This document shows positions 53,233 through 62,929 of a stretch of 64,000 nucleotides of DNA, in pieces (position 1 is the first letter of the stretch; each line of letters starts with the position of its first letter). The translations under genes were made by a program, and so were the position numbers. The stretch is from Leucoraja ocellata (lineage: Eukaryota). The notes beneath the pieces are model-generated. The model saw only the letters and a list, made by a program, of their open reading frames with translations. It ran no database searches and had not been told where the DNA came from. The stretch spans positions 5,890,001 through 5,954,000 of the forward strand of contig JAWMAR010000049.1 of NCBI GenBank assembly GCA_036785375.1, read 5' to 3'.

Positions 53233-53406
53233 GAGGTACATCCTGATGAAATTGACACTGACTCGGCCTACATCCTTTTCTATGAGCAGCAAGGTGTGGA
53301 CTATGCACAGTTCCTGCCAAAGACAGAAGGCAAGAAGATGGCAGACACTAGTAGTATGGATGAAGATTTTGAATCTGATTATAAAAAGTACTGTATTCTG
53401 CAATGA
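53233..53406 (+). CDS. USP32: USP32 last coding exon: EVHPDEIDTDSAYILFYEQQG...DYKKYCILQ*
   Basis: ttgcag acceptor; AYILFY motif; TGA at 53404-53406. Confidence 0.97.
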   Translation, partial: EVHPDEIDTDSAYILFYEQQGVDYAQFLPKTEGKKMADTSSMDEDFESDYKKYCILQ

Positions 53407-55460
53407 ATGTGTTCTTCCATTCACCAGATGCCATGTGTTTGCTCAAAGACTGGCAACAAAACACTCCAAGTTGAGAATTTCAGGGTTGGACAGGTTTTCT
53501 GCTCAAAATATGCTGCTTCTGCAAATTCTTTTATGTGATTATGAAGCACAAGAAAAACACGTAGACGTTGAAAACAGATGGTTATACTGATTTTTTTTTC
53601 TCTCTCTAGTTGCTCTTTGCAACTTGTGTCAGTAGCCAATGTGATCTGCTACCTCCTTTTCTTAAAGTGTTTGGGTTTCATACATTGTGTTAACGAGACC
53701 AGAATGGTAGCATGTCAGGAGGAAATTGAAACGTACTAAAACTTGGGCTACAGCATTTTAATTCTAACAAGAGTTATAACTATCCATGTAGACTATTTTG
53801 CCCCGAATGAATTTTGAGTGAATAGTTCATGAAACACAGTTTACATTTGTTACCTTTCTAAACTACTACTTCAGCTTGTATTTTTAATGTTACATAGCAG
53901 TAGGAACATTAATATTTTAAACAAATTCAGGAGAATACATTTTTTAATGTAAAATCCTGAAAAATGATAACATATGTGCCATAACCAATTGAACTCTTGA
54001 TAAAACTAACAATGAATTTACACAGCATCAATTTAAAAAGGTAATGATACGTTGGGTTGTGTTTCGTGAATTTTCCACATTTTTGTCTGATTTATGTGAA
54101 CGTAGACCCTTGTGACCCTTAAAATGACATTTTGTAAATCAGATAATGCTACACCGGTCTGGACAGTTTCTGTACTGTTAACCATTCATATTTATTATGA
54201 ATATATCCTAAACTATTTTTAGGTTGTTCATTTTCATTATAATGAACCTGAAGAAACCTTATTTTGAAGGTTTGATATTGTTGCACCAAAATCTCCCTGC
54301 ATTTTCAGCACTGCTAAATACTATATGGTTTTGTTTAGGCCTGCATTGCATCACTGTTATTTTGGACACAATTGATTCTTGGTTTAAATTTAACATCTGT
54401 TTGGATTTTTAACTTGGTGTCATTACTTGAGCTGTAAAGCCTCGGTACACATCAATGGATTTTTGGACAGAAGTTGTTTTTTTTGGCATAAACAAATCCT
54501 AGTTCACCGAAACACACGTATTCCTGATCTATTTTGCTATATTCGAAACTGGAACGGAGTTTGATTTCCAGAGTTAGGTACTATGATTGAACAGTGTTTT
54601 GCCTTTAGAGGTGATTGCAATTCCCACCCAATGTGACTTTTATTGATATCCTGCAACATCCTACAGCTACTCTGATGGTCTTAAATATATATGTATAAAG
54701 ACTACTGATTAAGCTCTGCTAAAGGGGAACATTGGAAAACACAATGTAATGTATTGTGTGTCTTTGTTTTATTTCTTTTTGTCATTTTAGTCAGTGTTGC
54801 ACAGTTAAACTTCCTTCAAGATTGATGGCTAAATACTCTGCCTCTCATTGCTTGGCATTCTAATTAATCATGCCTTGCTTTATCTACACAGCAGAGTTTG
54901 TGCACTTAACATTAAACAGTTTAGTGTATTTTGAAACTTCTGGAAAAATACCACTGCACAATGTTAAGAACAAATCAACAGCTTTAAGTTAATTTGTGTT
55001 TCCAGAATTGTTCCTCTTTTTATGTTCTACATGAGTTAAAAACAAAATGCCTGAGTGAATGATTGTGTGAGAAATGAGTATTTTAAACCATTCTCTCACT
55101 CACAATCCTGAAATAAGGGCAAGTAGTGCAATCTACTGCTGTTATTGTGTGTTCTTACAAGTCTGTTATAGATATAATGGTTGAAAAATATTCTTTTTTA
55201 TTAAATTAAATCATTAATAACTGAAGAATTTATTAAATTATCTGAGAAACTACATTACATCTTATTTTGTAAATTCTTGTAAAAATATTGACATTGCACT
55301 GAATTGGAAAATTTTTATGTACATAAGTGCTTTGTAAATATGGCAGTGAAGTATTGTAATACAAGCTGTAAAAACTGTACTTGTAATTGTATATGGAGTG
55401 AACCTGTTCATCTGTAACTATTAAAAAAGTCAATAAATACAGTGGCTGGAATGTGTGACT
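53407..55460 (+). other. USP32: USP32 3'UTR (approximate end)
   Basis: AT-rich stretch without recognisable TEs after the stop, ending at AATAAA followed by GT-rich sequence. Confidence 0.65.
55432..55437 (+). promoter_or_regulatory. Polyadenylation signal AATAAA
   Basis: Canonical hexamer preceded by several TGTA motifs and followed by atgtgtgact; TE-derived DNA resumes from ~56000. Confidence 0.65.
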
Positions 55461-56004
55461 TGAATAAGCGTCAAAACTAATTTATTGGTAATGCAAGAAG
55501 CCGTTATTGAGAATGTTGAAATTTGTGCTAAATTGTAACGCTGTATGGCAAAATGCATAAAATCTTTTATGGTCATCTGTTTGCAAAGATTTGGAACCCC
55601 TCAGTTGTTTAATGCACTGGAGTCGATAACATTCATAAGACATTTAAAATGCATTTACTGCTGTACAAAATGAGATTGATAATGAAAAACAAAGATTTTA
55701 TTAAATATTTGCATAACTTTACAAGAAGATGCTATTTTTGACTAACACACTAGCATGTGGACTAAATCAATGTTTTACAATCCAAGTGCAGCTAACATGC
55801 ATCTCAGCTTAAAGGTTAATATTTTCCTTTGGACATTTTGTGCTCAGATTTATATTTAACGTTTTATTTTTGGTCGAGGAGCAGTAAGAGGGAAAGAACT
55901 AGGGTACTTAACGGCTTCCAGGAAATTCTGGGCTATTATTTAACCACAGTATTACCAGGGTGATTCATCAGCGATGAATCAAACTGTAGAACAGATTATT
56001 CCCA

Positions 56005-56245
56005 GTTCTTCAGACTGAGAATAGGCGAGAGGGAAATTAGAGATAAAGGGTAGAAAGAATAAACATTTGTTCTTTGTAACTTTTCATATTTCTAGTTTCC
56101 CTCTCCCCTGACTCCCCTGACGAAGGATCTCAACCCGACATGTCACCTTTTCCTTCTCTCCAGAGATGCTGCCTGACCCGATGAGAGTCCAGCATTTTGG
56201 GTCTATCTTCGGTGTAAACTAGCATCTGTATATCCTTCCCTCACA
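56005..56245. mobile_element. Penelope-like element, inverted arms
   Basis: TTCTTCAGACTG arm opposite CTGACGAAGGATCTCAACCCGACATGTCACC...CAGAGATGCTGCCTGACCC. Confidence 0.65.
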
Positions 56246-56380
56246 TTTCTACTGTTTACTGTCCATGATTAATTAGTAATGATAAAATATTACTACCATT
56301 CTATAAATCTTTATTGTATGGAAAAAGCTTGTTGTATTTATCCAAAGCCTTTTTGAAACCTAAATATAGCACAATCAAGA

Positions 56381-56676
56381 GCGGCCTGGTGGAACAGCGG
56401 TAGAGTTGCTGCTTTGCAGTGCAAGAGACCCGAGTTCGATCCTGACCACGGGTTCTGTCTGTATGGAGTTTTATGTTCTTCTCGTGACCCGCATGGGTTT
56501 TCTCCAGGTGCTCTGGTTTCCTCCCACACTCCAAAAGCTTACAGGTTTTTAGGTTAATTGGCTTCGGTAAAAATTGTTAGTTGCCCATGTGTGTAAGATA
56601 GTGTAGTGTACTGGGATAGCTCGTCGGCATGGACTCGGTGGGCCAAAGGGCCTGTTCCACACTGTATCTCTAAACT
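56381..56676 (+). mobile_element. HE1-like tRNA-derived V-SINE
   Basis: A-box TGGAACAGCGG, B-box GTTCGATCC, central GGGTTTTCTCCAGGTGCTCTGGTTTCCTCCCACACTCCAAA, LINE-derived tail GGGCCTGTTCCACACTGTATCTCTAAACT. Confidence 0.85.
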
Positions 56677-58035
56677 AATCATAGGTTTCTCTCCTTTTCT
56701 TTTTGTCATCAAATATATTACATGCCACTAAGAAAACATAATTTTCCTTTTTAAGAAAATATCTACATCAACTCTGCCTGTCCTTATGATTTTCTGAAGA
56801 TTCTGTTACCACATCCATTTTGATAGATAATGTTTGATGCTTTATCCAATATTTTACTGTGATCAGTTCCCTACACGATTTGTATTGTGAGAAAGTTGAT
56901 TAAGCTGGAAAAGTTTGGGTAAATAACATCCTATTTGTTCACAACAGTCCAATGACCTCTGGTCTAGTGTCTTGGATGCATTGTATGAACTCATTCTTCA
57001 AGCTACTATTTCCAAATTTCCTTACTCAGCATGAATTTCCTTACTCCCTCATCATTGTTCTACCACCTTCACATTGTCTTGTTTCTAAGTTCATGATCCC
57101 TCTATCAGCATTACTGCTATCAAGGGGATTGGAAGGTTATGATCTTAAAATCATGGAGTGCAAATCAATCTGTTCAGAGAAAGATTATTCCATTGTAAAA
57201 CAATGTGGCGTGGCCCATGAAAATAATTTGGTGACCAGATTGCCTAGTGTTACTGTATGCTTTCTTTCGCTTTTCCTCCTTGACTAGCTTGTTTATTCAA
57301 AGTCTGTACAAAAAGAGTCTCTTTACAATATACCTATGACTCAGTTTTACAATTTGCCATTTGTAACTTTCCCATCCTTTGTGTCTTTACAGGCTGACCA
57401 TACAATGCATTCCAAAATGCATGCTCTCTGCAAGACTAGCTTAAACCTTCAAAATCAAACAATTGCAGACGCTGGGAATTGAAAATAAAAACTAACAACT
57501 GGAAATGTAAAGCAAGACAGGCAGCACTTGGAGAATGAAATGCTGCTAATCTTTCCAGTGATTATGCAACATTTTGCACTTTGTTCATTCAGATGCAAAT
57601 CCTTCCATCTCAATTTTTTTTTGCCACATATCCTTAATTTTACTCAAATACATTACTAATTCTACTTTTTGAATCTTGTCCAATCAATATGAGCACTCCC
57701 CCTACTTACTTAGTTACCACTGTTTTGTATTAACCCTTCTAGAATACACACACCTCAATGGATTTTTAAAGACACTGCACCACGGTTCCACATGGGATTG
57801 TAATAAAAGCAAAACAAGGCTGAATCTCTCTATAGAAGTAATGGCACATGTAAAAGGGATATGAGGTGAAAAGGCACAAACAGACACACTGAATAATTTG
57901 ATAAACATGTTCTGTAATTCTTAGCATTTACCTTGAATGATTAGTTATGTTCCTCAAACCATCAACAAGATAGAAGATACAGGCCTAAACTTGGAAGACT
58001 GAAATGCAGTAACCCATGTTCAAAAGAAACATATA

Positions 58036-58880
58036 AGCAGCTGGGCTTGTATACCCTGGAATTTAGAAGGCTGAGAGGGTATCGTATTGAAACATATAAG
58101 GTTATTAAGGGTTTGGACACGCTAGAGGCAGGAAACATGTTCCCGATGTTGGGGGAGTCCAGAACCAGGGGCCACAGTTTAAGAATAAGGGGTAAGCCAT
58201 TTAGAACAGAGATGAGGAAACACGTTTTCACACAGAGTTGTGACTCTGAATTCTCTGCCTCAGAGGGCGGTGGAGGCCGGCTCTCTGGATACTTTCAACA
58301 GAGAGCTAGATAGGGCTCTTAAAGATAACGGAGTCAGGGGATATGGGGAGCAGGCAGGAACGGGGTACTGATTGGGGATGATCAGCCATGATCACATTGA
58401 ATGGCGGTGCTGGCTCGAAGTGCCAAATGGCCTACTCCTGCACCTATTGCCTATAATTGGTAAGATGGAAAGGGTACAGAAAAGATTTATGAGGATTTTG
58501 CAAGAACTAGAGGGTCTGAGCAATCGGGAGAGGTTGAGTAGGCTGAGACTCCATTCCTTGGAGTGCAGGAGGATGAGGCGTAATCTTATAGAGGTGTATT
58601 AAATCATGAGAGGAATAGATCTGGTAGATGCATGGACTCTTGCCCAGAGTAGGTGAATTGAGGACCAGAGGTTTAAGGTGCAGGGGAAAATATTTCATAG
58701 GTACCTTTTCACACAATGTGTGGTGGGCTATGGAACAAAAGCAGGGACTATCCCAACGTTTAAGAAACAGACACGTGCATGGATGTGACAGTTTTGGCGA
58801 GATAAGGACCAAACGTGGGCAGGTGGGACTACTGTAACTGGGACCATTTTGGCCAGTGTGGGCAAGTTGGGCCAAAGGGC
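58036..58880 (+). mobile_element. Two adjacent or nested CR1-like 3' fragments
   Basis: LEFRRLRG..ESRTRGHSLRIRGKPFRTEMRK with tail (to ~58455), then ERVQKRFMR..LECRRMR. Confidence 0.85.
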
Positions 58881-59237
58881 CTATTTCCACACTATAACTC
58901 TGGTAGTAATGGCTTTGGGTACCAACTTATATGGACCCTAATGTCACATTTAGTGAGGTGTTCAGATATTGAAGACTCTTCTGACTTAGTTAACTCAAAA
59001 AAATATTTTTTTGATTTGGGTAATCTAACGTCTCTCTCCTGCTCAAAATTCTTGACAATGGCAGCCTCTCAACATCAACCACGCGCAGCCCAGTTAAACT
59101 AGAGCGTAGCATCTGCCATATGACATGCTTGGAACAGCCAATTTTGACATTACAGCCTGTTTTGAGTGTAATTAGGCGGTTACAGCTGATGAGATTGCGA
59201 GCTCGTACTCCAAAGAGTCAAGAGTGTTTTAAGTGGT

Positions 59238-59332
59238 TACACAAAAAAGCTGGAGAAACTCAGCGGGTGCAGCAGCATCTATGGAGCGAAGGAAATAGGC
59301 AACGTTTCGGGCCGAAACCCTTCTTCAGACTG
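59238..59332 (-). mobile_element. Penelope-like arm with hammerhead-type core
   Basis: Minus strand CTGAAGAAGGGTTTCGGCCCGAAACGTT (59301-59328). Confidence 0.75.
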
Positions 59333-59339
59333 GTTTGTA

Positions 59340-59899
59340 GGTTGTGCTGAGTCTGGCTGCAGGACGGAACATGTGTTCAGGGGGGAGGCGGCCGGCGGGA
59401 GGGTTTGTCGGCGGCGCCCGGGCAGGATGGAGGTGTAAGTGAGCGCTGCTCGTCCGCCGGAATGTCCGGGGGTTGGAGCGGGTCCGGGTCCCTGAGCCCC
59501 CGACTCCTCGCTCGGTGTGAAGCTGCCACCTCGGGCGCGCTTCGATGCGAATCTCCCTTCGGGCGGTCCTGCGCCATGTTGTAGATCCGCCCCGGCCCCA
59601 TCCCCGTCCCGGACCCATGTTGACGCCACCGCCCGCCCGGCCCCGACTTCCGGCGGTAGCGTCACCCACCGCCCGACTTCCGGCGGCAGCGTCACCCACC
59701 GTCCGGTCCCGACTTCCTGCGGCAGCGTCACCCACCGCCCGACTTCCGCGGAAGCGTCCCCCACTGCCCCGCCTCGACTTCCGGCGGCAGCGTCACCTTA
59801 GGCCGGACCCGACTTCCGGCAGCAGCGTCACCCACCGCCCGGCCCCGACTTCCGGCGGCAGCGCCACCCACCGGTCGGCCGCCGCCTCTGCCCACGTCT
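59340..59899. promoter_or_regulatory. CpG-island-like block (candidate promoter or TE cargo)
   Basis: Very GC/CpG-rich against an AT-rich background; YY1-like GCGCCATGTT at 59571-59580; repeated ACTTCCGG. Confidence 0.45.
59643..59880. repeat. GC-rich VNTR, 7 copies of ~30-36 bp
   Basis: Unit CCGACTTCCGGCGGCAGCGTCACCCACCG(YCCGGYC), starting near 59643, 59673, 59709, 59739, 59775, 59809 and 59845. Confidence 0.9.
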
Positions 59900-60334
59900 A
59901 AGAGTCAAGAGTGTTTAAATGTCATATGTTCAATGATACTTTATTGTCACATGTACCTAGATACAGTGAAGTTCTTTGTTTTGCCTGCAATGCACAAAGT
60001 ATGCAAAGAGTCGCCACGTATAGGGCCCCAACAGAGTTACGAAAGTATTAATCACAGAAATAAAAGTATTAATTAATGAGACCCGAAATGTCACCCGTTC
60101 CTCCTCTCCAGAGTTGTTGCCTCTCTGAGTTACTCCAGCATTGTGTCTATCTTAATTACCGGCCCGATGGTCCCTCTCAGTTCTCTCTGCGGCCCCAACC
60201 CCGCGGTCAGGTCCCTCTTTGTTCTCGGGACTCACATGGCCCCGTCCTCTATCGACCACCAGGCCCCCCACAGCCCATTCTCGGCCACCCGCCGCTGGGT
60301 CCACTCTTGGACGGCCCTGCAGCGCTCGTCGGGA

Positions 60335-60515
60335 GCTTTCCACTCCCTCTTCTCCGCTCTCCCATCGGGCAAAAGGCATAGAAGTGTGAAAACACACACA
60401 CCTCCAGATTCAGGGACAGTTTTTTCCCAGCTGTTATCAGGCAACTGAACCATCCTATCACATCTAGAGAGCAGTCCTGAATTACTATCTACCTCATCGG
60501 GGAGGGGACCCTCGG
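60335..60515 (+). mobile_element. Rex1/Babar-like LINE 3' fragment
   Basis: HSLFSALPSGKRHRSVKTHT..; CCCAGCTGTTATCAGGCAACTGAACC. Confidence 0.72.
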
Positions 60516-60864
60516 ATTCCCCAAGCGTGGTGGCTCTCTTGGTGATGCTTTGAGATGTCGCTGTTCATCTGTGGTTATGCAGATTGTTAGAATAATCTGG
60601 GACCAAGTGCATCCATTACGCCATCATTTGGTACAGCTGAGGTTGGCTGAGGCAATGCATTCATGGACACAATGATCTTTGTGGAAGAAAGAGACATTGT
60701 GGTTAGTAGTTCACTGACATTTGGAAAGCTTTTCGGACTAAACAGGGACTTTACTGACAGGAAACTCCCTAGTGGGAATGCTGGAGTGATTAGGGACAGT
60801 AAATAACTATGTACTTTTATGCTTTCTTTTGCAAATTATACCTTTGTATAGATATGGCAGGTTG

Positions 60865-61162
60865 ACAGAGAATAGACAGAACCTTTTTCCCCGGGTGCTA
60901 ATGTCAAAGACGTGGCAGCCTTTATGCACGAGGGTCAAAGTTTAAAGGAGATGTGCAGTGGGGACCAGGAACATGCTGCCAGGGATGGTGGTGGAGACAG
61001 TTAAGATAGTGGCGTTTAAGAGACTTTATGCTAAGTGTGAATATGCAGGCAGCGGGAGGAATATGGACCACATGCAGGCAGAGGAGATTGTTTATCTTGG
61101 TATCATGTTTGGCATGGACATTATGGGCTGAAACATCTGCTCCTGTGCTGTATTGTTCCATG
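60865..61162 (+). mobile_element. Degenerate CR1-like 3' fragment
   Basis: Similar to 49960-50262 and 63526-63750. Confidence 0.65.
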
Positions 61163-61295
61163 TGTCACTTGTTTCCAGTAGTTGCTGGTAATTCGATTGA
61201 GGAATTGAGAGTTATGGGGAACTGGCACATAAGAGGTGTTGAGACTAGCTGAGATATGCCATGACGATATTGAATGGCAGGTCAGACGTGAAGGG

Positions 61296-61599
61296 CCAGT
61301 AATGCAGCTGGTAGTGCTGCTGCCTCACAGCGCTACCCGAGACCAGGGTTCAATCCTGACCTGGGCTGCTCGGTTTGTGGAGGTTGCTCGTTCTCCCTGT
61401 GACCACGTGGGTTCGCTCCAGGTATGCTGGTTTTCTCCCACATCCCAAGTTCGTGCAGGTTTGTAAGTCTCAGTCAATTGCCCCTGACGTGCAGGGAGGG
61501 GAAGAGAAAATGGGATTACGTAAAACAGGCCGATCGATGGTCGGCATGGACTCAGTGGGCCGAGTGGCCTGTTTCCCTGCTGCATCGCTAAACTAAACT
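61296..61599 (+). mobile_element. HE1-like SINE
   Basis: GCTGCTGCCTCACAGCG..GGTTCAATCC..GTGACCACGTGGGTT..GGCCTGTTTCC..AAACTAAACT. Confidence 0.8.
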
Positions 61600-61615
61600 C
61601 CTCCTGATCTTATTT

Positions 61616-61883
61616 TGTGTAGGAAGGAACTACAGATGCTGGCTTACACTGAAGATAGACATAAAATACTGGATTAACTCAACGGGACAGGCAGCATCTC
61701 TGGAGAGAAGGAATGGGTGACGTTTCGGGTCGAGACCCTTCTCCTTCACAGCTGACTCCATGGCTTAGTTGGTTAAAGTGCCTGTGTGGGAAACGGAAGA
61801 AGGATCTCAACCCGAAACGTCACCCATTCCTTCTCTCCAGAGATGTTGCCTGTCCCGCTGAGTTACTCCAGCTTTTTGTGCCT
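61616..61883. mobile_element. Penelope-like inverted-arm element enclosing a tRNA-like segment
   Basis: Arms are near-perfect reverse complements (GGGACAGGCAGCATCTCTGGAGAGAAGGAATGGGTGACGTTTCGGGT / ACCCGAAACGTCACCCATTCCTTCTCTCCAGAGATGTTGCCTGTCCC). Confidence 0.8.
61754..61785 (+). pseudogene. tRNA-Thr-like 5' half (fragment)
   Basis: GACTCCATGGCTTAGTTGGTTAAAGTGCCTGT versus recalled vertebrate tRNA-Thr GGCTC(C/T)(A/G)TGGCTTAG(C/T)TGGTTAAAGCGCCTGT; no T-arm or 3' acceptor strand. Confidence 0.65.
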
Positions 61884-62103
61884 GCCTTTATTTTCTTGTG
61901 TTCCTGCTGTTACTGCAAAAACAAATGCAGACTGTTGTGATTATTAGTCTTTTATTGTTACTAGTGAGTTTTCAATTATATTTTTTGGCCTATGCGTATG
62001 CAAAAATACACATCAGTGAACCAGCTGAGCGCTTTAAACCATTTTATTTGGTGGATGCTGGGTTATATTATAATGCAGAGAAAAGTGATCTGCACAATTC
62101 AGT

Positions 62104-62116
62104 CGCCATCTGCTGG
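62104..62116 (-). promoter_or_regulatory. Candidate CTCF site
   Basis: Minus strand CCAGCAGATGGCG fits the core CCASYAGRKGGCR. Confidence 0.4.
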
Positions 62117-62144
62117 CAGTAACTGGAAAATCATTCACTTGTTA

Positions 62145-62447
62145 AAGCCCTGTCCCACGGTACGAGTTCATTCCAAGAGCTCTCCCGAGTTTTAAAAAAA
62201 TCAAATTTGTGGTCAGCACGGAGAATTAACGCAGCGGGTACGTCGGAGCTCGGGGACGTCTTTTAGCGACTCGTAACGCTAATGGCAGGTAAGCACGGGA
62301 AGACTCGTGAAGATTTTTCAACATGTTGAAAAATGTCCACGAGAGCCCCGAGTACCGTCGAGTGGCCATTACCATAAATCTCCGAGTTCGAATCAGGGCA
62401 AGTTCGGGAGAGCCCTTGGAATGAACTCGTACCGTGGGACAGGGCTT
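62145..62447. mobile_element. PIF/Harbinger-like MITE
   Basis: 44-bp TIRs with one mismatch (62145-62188 / 62404-62447); TTA at 62142-62144 and 62448-62450. Confidence 0.88.
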
Positions 62448-62491
62448 TTAGCATCAAGATGTGAGAAAGACGACTGTGGGTCACTAAGGAT

Positions 62492-62625
62492 TGTGTAAGA
62501 AGGAACTGCCGATGCTGGTTTAAACCGAGATAGACACAAAAAGCTGGAGTAACTCAGCGGGACAGGCAGCATCTCTGGAGAGAAGGAATGGGTGATGTCT
62601 CGGGTTGAGACCCTTCTTCAGACTG
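62492..62625 (-). mobile_element. Penelope-like arm (core mutated GAAA to GAGA)
   Basis: Same family body; minus strand CTGAAGAAGGGTCTCAACCCGAGACATC. Confidence 0.72.
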
Positions 62626-62646
62626 GTCACTGATTGACTGGAGTTA

Positions 62647-62840
62647 GATGAAAATGCTGGAGAAACTCAGCGGGTGAGGCAGCATCTATGGCACGAAGGA
62701 ATATGTGACGTTTCGGGTCGAGACCCTTCTTCAGCCCACTATGTTAAGCCTGAAGAAGTGTCTCGAAACGTCATCTATTCCATCGCTCCAGCATTTTTAT
62801 CTACCTTCGATTTTCCAGCAAATGCAGTTCCTTCTTAAAC
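62647..62840. mobile_element. Penelope-like inverted-arm element with perfect 15-bp TSD
   Basis: GATTGACTGGAGTTA at 62632-62646 and 62841-62855. Confidence 0.82.
62707..62734 (-). ncRNA. Minimal hammerhead ribozyme-like core
   Basis: CTGAAGA-A-GGGT(CTCG)ACCC-GAAA-CGTC: both conserved boxes, a 4-bp stem II and a GUC triplet; stem I is very short. Confidence 0.55.
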
Positions 62841-62929
62841 GATTGACTGGAGTTAATCAGTCGTTGCACTCCAGCTAAATATAATTTCTTAACACCGTAG
62901 GAAAGTAAATAGTAACGTATGCTACAGGA

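Noticed and set aside
53246-53590. 114-aa ORF overlapping the last exon in another frame
   Set aside because: It is an alternative frame of a conserved exon running into the UTR, with no independent support.
56381-56450. A-box/B-box regions as tRNA genes (also 61296 and 63752)
   Set aside because: They are SINE heads continuous with the HE1-like body and tail and do not form a full cloverleaf.
59643-59880. Regularly spaced ~30-bp repeats suggestive of CRISPR
   Set aside because: They are tandem units without unique spacers, there are no cas genes, and the context is vertebrate.
59279-59901. Several 70-160 aa ORFs on both strands
   Set aside because: They are by-products of a stop-poor GC-rich VNTR and give repetitive peptides with no domain signature.
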